A DNA stretch of 63,739 nt, filler included, from Octopus bimaculoides (lineage: Eukaryota), in assembly GCF_001194135.2 (NCBI RefSeq). It is 7 parts of 6 records of this genome, joined end to end, with 100 filler letters (N's around TTAATTAATTAA, not from the genome) between each part and the next. Parts side by side here need not be neighbours in the genome. Positions count along the whole stretch, not along the records: positions 26,284 to 54,411 come from NC_068986.1; 6 more parts are not named here. The stretch is one strand, 5' to 3'. Within the stretch, counting starts at the first letter, position 1. Every line of letters starts with the position of its first letter. Of this stretch, positions 40,514-52,106 are shown one piece after another. A program made the position numbers and the translations under genes. The notes under the pieces are model-generated. The model was given only the letters and a program-made list of their open reading frames with translations, was not told the DNA's origin and searched no databases.

Positions 40514-41452
40514 CTGGTAAAGAGAATAACCATAACAACAACATTAATAGGTATTTTCTATTTTGGCGGTTGAATCTAATAGTTCTTATCGTTAGGAATT
40601 CTTGGTTTTCAAAGAAAACACAAGTGAACATTTTGGAGAGCTCTTATGATTCTCTATAGTTTCCAGAACAATATTGCATAGAAGCAATTATATAATATCT
40701 GGTGGTTGTGGCAGAATTATAAGTCATCTGAAAATTTTGGTAGCACGTAAATAGCACCCACTACACTCTCGGGGTGGTTGGCGTTAGGAAGAGCATCCAG
40801 CTGTAGAAACCCCGAAAAGATGAAAGGTAAAGGTGACCTTGGCAGAATTTATACTCAGAACGTAAAGACAGATGAAATGCTGCCAAGCTTTTATCCCATG
40901 TAAGGATTCTGCTAGCTCACCAGCTTAATAATAATCATGATGATGATGATGATGAGGAGGAGGAGGAGGAGGAGGAGGAGGAGGAGAAGAAGAAGAAGAA
41001 GAAGAAGAAGAAGAAGAAGAATGATAATGGTTTCAAATTTTGGCACAAAGCCAGCAATTTTGTAGGAGGGAGTAAGTCGATTGCATCGACCCCAGTACTC
41101 AACTGATACTTATTTTATCGACCCCCAAAAGAGTGAAAAGCAAAGTTGACCCCGGCAGAATTTGAACTTAGAATGCAAAGACAGATGAAATGCCACCAAG
41201 CATTTTGCCCTGCATGCTCATGATTCTACCATCTCACTGCTTTAGTAATAATAATAATGATGCTGCTGCTGATGATGATGTATTGAGGAAGCCAATGCTG
41301 TGAAGTTAGAGGTTTGCATTGTGACCAAGCAGTTTGGAATTTGAATTGAATTCCAAGGTATCTTGGATAAATATCTTCAACCATATAAACCTGGTTGCAT
41401 GGTGATCTTAGGCAGGTTGATTTTAATAGGTTGGTTTTATATCTTGACTTAC

Positions 41453-41605
41453 TTGTTTCAGTCTGTTGTTTTCTTCGATTAATATTTTCAATTTACAACT
41501 CTGAGCATAAATCTCTTCTTCAGTTGCTTTTGATTCCTGTGAATGGGAGTCTAGCAGTCTTAGATACTCTTCACGAGACTCTTTGATCTTATTACGAAGG
41601 TCATT
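41453..41605 (-). CDS. Coiled-coil protein exon G
   Basis: tttttccaacag / gtaagt, 153 nt, phase 0/0. Encodes NDLRNKIKESREEYLRLLDSHSQESKATEEEIYAQSCKLKILIEENNRLKQ. Confidence 0.88.
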
Positions 41606-42263
41606 CTGTTGGAAAAACATTGAGAAAGAATTCAAGATGAGAACTTACAAAAGAGTTGTACTCTCTCTCTCTCTCTCTCATTCTCTTTTTTATACACACT
41701 TATGCATAATCATCCATGTTTTGTAGAATCTTCATTTGACAGGTGACAGGTAAGGTGTGTTATTTTAGCTGATAAGAAATTTTGACTGATAGAAACTAGT
41801 AATCTGTTTGAGCTACCTTTTGGCTAGTTAAACATTGGATCTCTTAGATCCATTGGATCTCTGGGATACATTGGATCTCTTAGCAATCATAGGTAGTAAT
41901 GGTAAAGTAGATTTATTTAGCATTCTCCCTCTCTTCTAAATAGTTGTTAAGATTACTCTTTTATCATCTGAAATTGACCTTTCATTATAGATTTCAACTT
42001 TGGGAACTAAAATGTCTTCAGGAATTAAATCTGGAGAGTGGAGCAAATGGAGAATGAAAATTGGTTTGTGATTTGCCTAAAAGTTGCCGATAAAGAGTAA
42101 GAAGGGAGATGTTCTTGGAGTGCAGCACACAGGGTCTGTTTGTCTATGCTTCAGACCTCCTCCTTCACAGGATATCTGTTACATGTGTCTTGACATCCAG
42201 CTAAAAGTTTTTGGTTATCTGACCACACAGAACAAACTTGTGACAATTGCACACACACACACA

Positions 42264-42357
42264 CTGAGAGGGGAATATGTTGAATAAAATCATAATTAAC
42301 TGATCCTCTTGTATTTTCTTTTACCCGAAGTCAGGAACTTTTCAGCACCCCATCGTA
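42264..42357. mobile_element. Partial MITE (family M)
   Basis: Reverse-complement match to the left half of 14479-14686, ending ggaacttttcagcaccccatcgta. Confidence 0.65.
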
Positions 42358-42471
42358 TAGATACATGTTTTTGTGCTTCATTAAAAAAAATTATACTTGT
42401 AAAGTCAAATGAAAAATGAAAAAAAAAAAAAGGAAAACCAAAACAGAAAAGTTCATCTTGGGGTTACTTAC

Positions 42472-42551
42472 CAATGGTGCCTCAGCTTCTGCTAGAGACT
42501 TTTCCAATTCTTTTAACTCATTTGTTAAGGCAATGTCCGTACGGCGGGTGA
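42472..42551 (-). CDS. Coiled-coil protein exon F
   Basis: cttcctgcag / gtaagt, 80 nt, phase 1/0. Encodes TRRTDIALTNELKELEKSLAEAEAPL. Confidence 0.88.
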
Positions 42552-42849
42552 CTGCAGGAAGATCAGAATATTATAGTGTAAAAATGTATTATGTGCAATG
42601 AAATTGATATTAAAATGTTTATATTCTATTTAGATAATTCATATCTGTAAGCATGCAACATCTGGATAAATAACTTTTTTTTAAAAAAAGAACACTAAAG
42701 ATAAAGCCATAGAATATTGATATGGACATTGAATATTTAGCAGAAATTGTGGAGTATAATGTATCATTTTTGCAGAAATTATGTTCGTTTCCTTTTGCTT
42801 TGTGAATTAACTTATTGAATAATGTTGCTTGTGTATGAAGTGCAGTGCT

Positions 42850-43290
42850 TCATTGAAGTGAGACACAGTGCACTGAATGCAGAGGAGGTGTGAAGTTTGG
42901 GGAGAAAATGAAGCAAGCATACTCTGCTGAATGTGTAATGTTAGTAGGCATGAACAATATGATACAGATGAGCTCAGAGATTAAACTGGATAAAAGAAGA
43001 ATCAGATGTAGTGTGCAAGAACAAAGATTACATTGGTATGCTTATGTGATGCATAGAGAAGATAACAAATGAATAAAGAAGTGTCAGGATATCCAAGTGG
43101 AAGGAAACTCTGGAAGAGGAAGACCAAGAAAGACTGGGCAGAAGTGGTACAAGCTGATATCAATATGTTGAACCTCACACATGAGATAATAAAATAATGG
43201 CAATCGATAACAAGACACTATGTTGTGAAGGATCCATCCAACTCATGTATGCATGAAAAAGTTGATGTAAAATTGATGATGATGAATATT
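42850..43290 (+). mobile_element. RTE-clade LINE 3' end (second family)
   Basis: RLHWYAYVMHRED ... VEGNSGRGRPRKT motif, 3' UTR ccatccaactcatgtatgcatg and a (GAT)n tail. Confidence 0.8.
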
Positions 43291-43819
43291 TATGTCATTT
43301 AATGATTCTTTTAAGGTGGTGAGCTGGCAGAATCATTAGCACATCGTGCAAGATGCTTAGCAGTATTTAGTCTGTCTCTACATTCTGAGTTCAAATTCCA
43401 CCGAGGTTGACTTTGCCTTTTATCTTTAGGGGTTGATAAAATAAGTACTAGTTGTGGGTATGTGCGTACTTTGAAAATATCTCACAGAGTGAAGACCATG
43501 CCTTGCATAGTTATGTGCTGTCCTTTGGCACGGCAAAGAACCGGTTCAGCCATCCTGCTAAGGATACAGTGAAGTCATGAGACTGCAGCATGACAGATTG
43601 TGAAGAGGTAGCAGAAGAGCTCAACTGAGCCAAAAAGTGCTTCTTTTATTGATGCTGAGCAGAGGAATTCTAGAAAAGATCAAATGGTTAGGATCACCAA
43701 GCTCTATCAAGAGAGAAACTGAAATGCATCCGTAGGGGTGGTGGCCATGGTTGTGTAACCAGCCAATGAAAGATTTACCATGAATCAAAGCTCCCAATTC
43801 AAATTCAGGTTAATGGAAT

Positions 43820-44185
43820 TGGCTGGCAACAGAGTGTCCATGGGAATCGGCAAATATGAGAACATATTTTGGAGAACACCAAGAAACAATTGTATGGAGA
43901 TCTCCTGCCTGTTTCCAGAATTGTAAGGGAAAGGCACTTGCATTTTGCAGGACATTGGTGGTCTGCTGGCAAATGAAGAGCTGGCAAATGACCTACAGCT
44001 ATGGATGCCAAAGCACAGCTGTACTCAAGCAAGTTGTCTGAGCACAACATATGTAGATTATGTAGACCAACTCACCAGAGACATTGGATGCCTCCCTGAA
44101 GACTTCTCTCAACTAATACAGGATTGAGATGGGTGGTGTGTGCAGATTAAAAATGTCCAAGCAAGCTTGACCAGATGATGATGAC
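43820..44185 (+). mobile_element. RTE-clade LINE 3' end
   Basis: LYGDLLPVSRIVRERHLHFAGH ... TYVDQLTRDIG, ending in a (GAT)n tail. Confidence 0.8.
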
Positions 44186-44705
44186 AGAGAAACACCAACT
44201 TTACTATTGCAGTAAAAAATTCTATACATCTTTATTTGATGCTAGAAAGTGGACATTGTTATCATTAATTTCCTTTTCATATTGCTCTGAGTGAAAAATT
44301 TACTCATTTCAAGTATTCTGCAAGAACATATTTGGCCATAGGGAAATATTATCTTGCTTGAAAACAGGTGAAGGTTGGTGACAGAAAGGGCATCCAGCTG
44401 TAGAAAAATCTATCCCAATAAACTCTGCCTGACCTATGCAAGTATGGAAAAATGGACATTAAAATGATGATGGTGATGATATAAATACATTATGTATGCA
44501 CTGATGTGTGTACATATGTATGAATGTACATACATATGTACACATTCACATACATACACATGCACATACATACACACACATACATACACATGCAGATAGA
44601 CATACACATGCACATACATATTCACAAATATGTAATCCAGTAGTTTAAAAACTCACTCAGTGACAAATTTTCTTTTGTTTTTATATAAAGATAAACAATA
44701 TTTAC

Positions 44706-44844
44706 CAATAAATGTCTCTTTACTCTCATTAAAGATGTCAGTCTGCTGTTGGAAATGCTTCTCCATTTCTTCAAATGCTGGGGTCCTCTCTTCTATAACT
44801 GCATTCTTTTCCTTAACAGTTTCTTCTAACTTTGAGATAGCTTG
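44706..44844 (-). CDS. Coiled-coil protein exon E
   Basis: ttacttacag / gtaaat, 139 nt, phase 0/1. Encodes QAISKLEETVKEKNAVIEERTPAFEEMEKHFQQQTDIFNESKETFI(V). Confidence 0.88.
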
Positions 44845-45494
44845 CTGTAAGTAATGTAGAAGGATTACAGAAGAAGAAGAATAGAAATAAGAAAAAAAAC
44901 ATGATTTGCAACGGGGCTCAAATTAGATGTTGCGTGTGGAATAAGCTGTTGTTTAACACTAGGTCAACCCTGACTGAGCAGACTGATGACTAAAGGATTT
45001 CCAGTCTCGACCATCCTGTCACTCGTGTTCTCTTTTTCAGACATATCTCATCCTAGATGAGATATATATTATCCAATGTCACCTTCCTTTTTTATCTGTA
45101 CACTCAGACCTCTGGCCTATGGACATGCTGTCTCCTTGTTCTACCTTTTCTTCTGCTACTTCACTGACCTCTGGTCTTTGGCATTAATGAACTTCAGACC
45201 ACATTCACTCAGCTCCTCTAACTATTTGTTGATCTTCCTCTCATTACTCATATTGTATCTAACTCATGCCAAACACTAAGCACTACATTTACTCCTTCCT
45301 GTTTAGAACATTCAAGAATTCCTTTCATGGCTATATTTTCCCTGCATCCATTGACAAGTAAGTATTCAAGAGAAACAATAACCATGCTTATGTCATAAGT
45401 CTTGCAAAAGACTTATGCAAAAACTAGGAGTGCAGCCCCTTTCTTCACACCATATCATTAACAGCATTAAAAAAAAACAAAAAAAAAGACTCAC

Positions 45495-45626
45495 TTGTGT
45501 TTCTTTAATCTTTTCTTTTTTCTGATCAATTAAAGCAGTGAATTTGGTTTTGTCAGATTCTATCTCCTCTTCCAAAGAACGTATTTTATTGTCAAGTTCC
45601 TGGATGGAATTTTTGAGACTCTCAGC
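45495..45626 (-). CDS. Coiled-coil protein exon D
   Basis: gaaattag / gtgagt, 132 nt, phase 0/0. Encodes AESLKNSIQELDNKIRSLEEEIESDKTKFTALIDQKKEKIKETQ, with clear heptads. Confidence 0.88.
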
Positions 45627-45901
45627 CTAATTTCAATAAAATGATATATTGAATATTGATTTCATTTAACAAAACAAGGTTCAATTTTTCAAGAAAAACA
45701 ATATATTCAGTTGAATTCATCTTAGTGTCATCATCATTATTTAACATTCACTTTTCCATGCTTGCAAAAGTCAGATGGAATTTATTGAGACAGATTTTCT
45801 ATGGCCAACCCTCACCACATTTCCTTATGGCCAGATAGGTTTTCTCATGAAGACTGAAAATGAACAACGTTGCTTGTATGATGTTGCATATTATATGTAT
45901 G

Positions 45902-45953
<52 letters not shown>

Positions 45954-46433
45954 AGGCGCAATGGCCCAGTGGTTAGGGCAGCAGACTCGTGGTTTCAATT
46001 CCCAGACCAGGCGTTGTGTGTGTTTATTGAGCGAAAACATCTAAAGCTCCATGAGGCTCCAGCCGGGGGTGGTGGCGATCCCTGTTGTACTCTTTCACCC
46101 AAACTTTCTCTCACTCTTTCTTCCTGTTTCTTGAGTAAAACTGTGATGGACTGGCGTCCTTAGAAATCATACTCTACCACTTTAGAAAAAGGAGAGACAC
46201 ATTGGATAACATGGTCTTAGATACATTAAATTTGAACAAAAAAATGCAATGGTCACATTTGGAACACCACTTATTATTTATCTACTCAGTCAGGGGCTGA
46301 CCTGGAAATAAGCAGCCACTACAGCTGTGAAAGACAATTTCAGCCCCAAAAAGATTTTAACTTATTGGGAAAAGAAACATTGATTTAGCCATCCTTAAAA
46401 CCATAAAAAAATTCTATGTTCTTTGATTCTCAC

Positions 46434-46569
46434 CTGTTTGTCCTTTTCAGTGCATTGCTCTTTCATATTAGCAATTCTTTTTTTCATTTCTCCTGCATAC
46501 TCCCTTTGATGAGCTTTAGTAATATCAATTTCAGTAGATATGTCTTTTTTCTCTTGTTGAATATCCTCT
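46434..46569 (-). CDS. Coiled-coil protein exon C
   Basis: ttttgactttag / gtgaga, 136 nt, phase 2/0. Encodes EDIQQEKKDISTEIDITKAHQREYAGEMKKRIANMKEQCTEKDKQ. Confidence 0.88.
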
Positions 46570-47222
46570 CTAAAGTCAAAAATAAAATAAGAAAATAAAT
46601 CATCACATTGGCTCACTCAGACTCACAAGGCCCTCATCTCCCACTCATCTTTATCTTCCAAAGTATGTGACAGTTCTTTTTGGTGACATCCATTGTCATC
46701 TGTTAAGTGATCAACAAGTGTCTTCATGAGGTAGCCAATGCAATTTTAATAGAGGAAATTAAGAAAATTAGATAAATAGATATTATGGAAAAAATAATGT
46801 TTCTATTCATTCTTAATATGTTCTGGAAGATTCAAATGTGAATATCTGATTACTATTGTTTTTCACCACTGGAGACTGCCTTCTTCCATTAAGCAATGTG
46901 TGTCCATAACAAATGTGATTCACTGGTTCACTGATGTGAAGGGACTTCGTGACACAATGCTGTTTCATCATTGTATGTCTCCTCAGCTGAAGCTGTGAGG
47001 TGTTTTTCAGTGGCAAAAAAACAATAGCAATAAGATATCCATGTTCAAATCTGATTGAATGTATTAAGAGTGAATGGATACATTATTATTTGGATTCTTA
47101 GAGTTTTACATGCATCCCAAGAATTATCATCTATTTGGCTGATAGCTGCATACATCAGTAAGTAGTTTGTTTGCTGATTCCTATAAACAAGAGCTTATGA
47201 TTTTGCGAGATAAATTAGTCCA

Positions 47223-47276
47223 GCTTTAACTGAGGAGACACATAATAAGATTGAAACACTGCTTGTGTCTTGAAGT
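47223..47276 (+). ncRNA. Type-I hammerhead-like motif with canonical core
   Basis: GCUUUAA-CUGAGGA-gacacauaauaagauu-GAAA-CAC(ugcuu)GUG-UC-UUGAAGU. Stem I 7 bp including G-U pairs, stem III 4 bp, GUC triplet; stem II only about 2 bp. Confidence 0.6.
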
Positions 47277-47439
47277 CCCTTATACTGTTGAACTGGTGAA
47301 TCATGTATTTTATGAGCACACATTACCTGATGAGAGGTGTTCTCCAGTTGCTAAAAACAACAGTAATCAGATATTCACATTTAAATCTGCCAGTATGTAT
47401 TAAAAATGGCTGGATACATTAGAGAACTCAGCTTCATTC

Positions 47440-48140
47440 TAACAAAATCCACCTCTCCTCATCACTCTGCAACAACAGTAACAGATGCAGGTTATGCAGA
47501 GGATATTTCTCTCTTTTCAGACTCCATCTCAAACATCCATTTTTTACATAACATTGAAATGTTGTAGAAGATTTTTCTTTGTATGCCAATATCTTAAAAA
47601 TTAGCTGCATCAGTTCTATTCAGGAGGATTCAATAAGCACAATCACATAAACATCTTTAAAATCTGTAGAATCCTTTGCATAAAATCACATCCAGAGAAA
47701 AGGGCATAGAAATTCGTCTCATGAAAACTTAAGCTGTTTTTGATGACCTGCGTGTCATCTAAAAGTCATCCTTACCTGATGATCTTAATAGCTTTTTCTG
47801 TGTTACGGTGGAATCAGTGCTTTTGTATGGGTCCATTAAATAGACAATCACCAAACACCATGAGGCAAAGCTTGACAGTACTTATACATGCATGTTGCAG
47901 ACTGTTATAAATACTTTGTTGAAAAATCCTCACTTCAAATAAAGGATGTAAGGTAGTTCTCTAGCAATTAATGGTGTCTTTACATAGAGGCACTTGCATT
48001 TTGTAGGACATTGCAGGGTAGCTAAGCAAGAATTCATCAGTAATACACTCATATGAAACACAACAACACGTGTATAGATGAATTGGCTGTTCAGTACAAA
48101 GCTTCATCAATCATATCTGAATAGACAAGTGATGTTGCCC
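47440..48140 (+). mobile_element. RTE-clade LINE reverse transcriptase relic
   Basis: TVTDAGYAEDISLFSDSISN (YADD-like motif at 47493), TVESVLLYGS (47806-47835), RHLHFVGHC; many stops and frameshifts. Confidence 0.85.
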
Positions 48141-48282
48141 TGCTAATTTCCAAATATTATGCGGGATCAGTTGCTGTTTTTGTTATCAACAGTGGTGGCA
48201 GCAACACTGACAATAATGGCACTGATAATTTTAAAACAAAGTGCTTGAATTATTTAGAAAAGGAAGAAAGCAGTTAACTTAC

Positions 48283-48354
48283 CGGAGTTGTTTTTCTTCT
48301 TCATATTTTTGGCCATACTTCTCAATTTGATGGTTGAGATGAGCAACAGTTAAG
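48283..48354 (-). CDS. Coiled-coil protein exon B
   Basis: gttttcag / gtaagt, 72 nt, phase 2/2. Encodes LTVAHLNHQIEKYGQKYEEEKQL(R). Confidence 0.87.
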
Positions 48355-49415
48355 CTGAAAACATGTATATAACATAATATAATATAATATAATATATATA
48401 TTGAGCAAGGACACAACGCGTCACCGAGAATCAAACCCACGACCTGTTGATCATGAGCCGAATGCCCTAACCACTAAGCCACGCACCTTCACTAATACCA
48501 TGAAAAAAGCACTGGTGCTGGTGCCACATAAAAACCGCTGGTGCCATGTAAAAAGCACTGGTGATGGTGCCACATAAAAAGCAACCAGTACTGGTGTCAT
48601 GTAAAAAGTACCCAGTACACTCAGTAAAATGTTTGACATAATGACATTCAGTTCTAGAAACCAAGTCAAAACAGACTATAGAACCTGATGTGGCTCCTGA
48701 CGTTGCCAGCTCCTGTCAAACCATCCAACCCATGTGAGCATAGAAAACAGACATCAAATGATGATGATGATGATGACGATGTATGTGTGTGTGTATATAT
48801 ATATATATATTTCTTTTAGTTTTGATATACTAAAATTATACATACATATATATATATATATATATGTATGTATAATTTTAGTATATCAAAACTAAAAGAA
48901 ATATACATTTATGGCAAGATACATGACACTTGGTGTCTAAGATAGATCATCTTCACACCAACTGGTGAAGTTGATGCAATTAATCTTCAGAGGTTAATTG
49001 GAAATGACGTAACAATTAATAATCCAGACAGTAAAGTTATTTTTAATATACAAATAAAACAGATAGCATATAAAAAAATGAAGAAATACAACCAGCGGTT
49101 TAGTGATACACTCGCTCATAAAAAAGTTACCATTAATTGAAAAGAAGGAAAAAGAAAAGAAATGCATTAAAAATATAGCAAGAATCAAATATTTCTTGAG
49201 AAAGATCATCATGACATTTTGACTAACAGAATAATAGAAAATAATAATAAAGGTTTAAAGCAACTAAAATAATTTTTATAAGCTTTTTTCCCTCTCTAAA
49301 AGATTATTCTTCTAGTTGCTGTTAAAGAAAACAGTTAATTGTTCACACAAACATACAAAATACGTAATTGATAAGGATCACAAAATATCTATCTGCCTGT
49401 CTGTCTATCTAAATA

Positions 49416-50003
49416 CAGGGTGGGAGAGAGAGGATGGACGTTTTTGAAATGGCTATTATGGCACTTGGTGGAGGGACATACGTATAAAAGGTAGCATTTG
49501 ATCTGCAGTGTCTTACCATTATTTTTCTTTTCAGATGAAGCCATGGTGCTGTGGATGATAGAGCGTCGTGTGTTTGCCTGAGCTTCGGTACTACTTAACC
49601 ATTCACCAAAATCAGGTCGTTCTCACCCGTAACACAATCTTACATTGGGTGAATGCACTTCATACACAAGGTACACTAATGAATAGGAGACTGGCAGGGG
49701 TGCCATGAATGGTACAGACCTTGGAAAATGTGGAACATGTCAGACAAGCTTTGATACAGAATCCGAATCGCTCTGCTTGGAGGCATTCCACTGAACTTGG
49801 CATCAGTAACCGATCGGTAAGGTGTATTTTGCATGAAGACCTGCATTTCCAGCCATACAAATTGGTCATTGGGCAACAGTTGAAACCATGGGACTATGCA
49901 CAGCGGCTTAACTTTGCATGTCAGATGGAAGCAATTTTTGAGGCAAATGACAACTTCATTTTGTTAATGAGTGATGAAGCTCGTTTTCATCGCAATGGCA
50001 TGT
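49416..50003 (+). mobile_element. 5' half of an IS630-Tc1-mariner element, truncated by a SINE
   Basis: ta|cagggtg terminus. Transposase fragments MVLWMIERRVFA ... TLENVEHVRQALIQNPNRSAWRHSTELGISNRSVRCILHEDLHFQPYKL ... LLMSDEARFH. A SINE follows from about 50005. Confidence 0.8.
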
Positions 50004-50219
50004 TGATTAGATTGACCCCAGTACACAACTGGTACTTAACTTATCGACCCCGAAAGGATGAAAGGCAAAGTCGACCTCGGCGGAATTTGAACTCAGAACG
50101 TAAAGACAGATGAAATACCACGAAGCATTTTGCCTGATGTGCTAACGAGTCTGCCAGCTCGCCACATTATAAACATTACATTCTGCAAGAAAAGTAATTA
50201 AGATATTTAATAAACATAC

Positions 50220-50330
50220 CTGTTGCTAGTTTTGGCTCTTTGGATTGCTTCTGCAACTTCTCTGTTTGTGTTTTCAAGATTACGTAAAGCTTCATTTTGT
50301 GCTTTATATTCATCTTGTTTACTTTTGTGT
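50220..50330 (-). CDS. Uncharacterised coiled-coil protein, first identifiable exon (A)
   Basis: ttttctttag / gtatgt, 111 nt, phase 2/2. Encodes HKSKQDEYKAQNEALRNLENTNREVAEAIQRAKTSN(S). Confidence 0.85.
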
Positions 50331-51646
50331 CTAAAGAAAAATATTAATAGAAATAAAAAAAAAAACAGTAGGGACTAATGAAAGCTGAACCCATGAATTC
50401 CAATTAAGAATTAAACTCTGGCTTAATTGCTTCATTAAAACTAAATCATTTCATTAAAACTATAATGTGCTCAGGGAAAAATTATAAATTTCCTGTTTAC
50501 AATGCTATTCTAAATTTCAGGTTTAGTGACTGCTCAATATGTCATCTTTTAAACTATACTTCCTCAGGCAAGTATTTCTTTTCTGTATCACCAGCTAAAT
50601 GTATGTGAAGACACATGGCTTAGTGGTTAAGCTGATAGGTAATAGGTTCGATTCTTGGAGCGTGTGATGCATCGTGTCCTTGAGCAGCAGGGCACTTCAT
50701 AGCACACGGCTCCAGGTCATTCAGGCTAAAATATGAATACTAGCAATGCAGATGCAGCTCTCTCTCTCTCTCTCTCTCTCCAGGTGTCGTCTTCAGAACA
50801 TTCTATTGAGTCAAGGGTTGGAGGACCAGAGGATGTCTGTGTCTGATCATGACTACATAGTAACCTAAAACAATAAGCAAAGAAATTATATATGTTGCAA
50901 CATCCCAGCTGGGATAGCCATAAGTCTCCTCTATAGCATAACACCTGTTCCTGTCCATCTCAACACCTGGCAAAGAGCTACCTCCTGCAACACTGTGTTT
51001 TCACTCAGTCAAAGGACCTTGTATTGAAAGTGATTTGATAACCCCACAAGAGTGGGTGCCACAACAAAAGCACCCCAGTACACTCTGTAAAGTGGATGGC
51101 AGTGGGAAGGACATCAGGCTGTAGAAGCCATGCCAAAGCAGGCATTGGAGCTCATTGCAGCCCTCAAGCTCATTGGATCTTGTCAAACCATCCAACCCCT
51201 GTCACAATGGAAGACTGGAAGACAGATTTTAAATGATGATGAAGATATACATATTTACGCGCACACACACAATAATAGTTGTAATGAAGAATGAAAGATA
51301 AAGTACTAAAAATGGTGAAGTAGAGACTTCCTGACAAAATGTGTTGGTTTCAACTGGCTAAATAACACACACACACACTCTCTCTCTCATGTATATGCAC
51401 ACACACACATTGCTATTTATTTGAATGTTTTCTGCATAATCCCAAGTTAATCCCTTTAGAAAGGAATATATAGTGATCAGTATAATTCATTACCAAATGT
51501 GTATTTGTTGTTGCTCTTGTTGTTATTGTTGCTGAAATGTAACCTTGGTAATCTGACTCACCAGACCCAGGACATGGTAAACGAATTAATTGAATGACTA
51601 ATCCGTCTTTACTATAGATCATGGAATTCTAAGAAATAAGATTTAA

Positions 51647-52106
51647 CCCTTTAGCACTCAGATTATTCTGTCAAATGTAAAGCTTATTTATTCACATTAT
51701 TTTGGATTAATCCAGCATTATCTTGAAGCTTTGAGATTTTGATGAGGTAACTGTTAATTTTTCAGAATGAGATTGTAGGATTGGTGTGGAAAACCAGATT
51801 TAGCCAGTTTGAACATAAAACAAGTAGAATAGTTTGGCTAGACATGGCTGGTTTAAATGCTAAAGACTTAAATCATGTCATTTTTAGCCCTTTAGCATTT
51901 AAACCAGTCATATCCAGCCAAAATATTCTACCTGTTTTATCTTCAAACTGGCCAGATCTGGCCTTTTACACCTACCTTACAGTGTCATTTTTAAGATAAA
52001 CAATCACACCATCAAAATCTCAAACTCTGAAATAATGCACGATTAATTCAAATGATATGAATACTCAAGCATTGCATTTGACAGAGTAAGTTGAACACTA
52101 AGAGGG
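51647..52106. mobile_element. Two adjacent, oppositely oriented family-P MITEs
   Basis: Copies at 51647-51867 and 51888-52106; their internal sequences are reverse complements of each other. Confidence 0.7.

Noticed and set aside
50770-50866. Possible exon with acceptor ttgttttag upstream of exon A
   Set aside because: No donor before the (GA)n run, and the peptide is not coiled-coil-like; probably an old LINE fragment.
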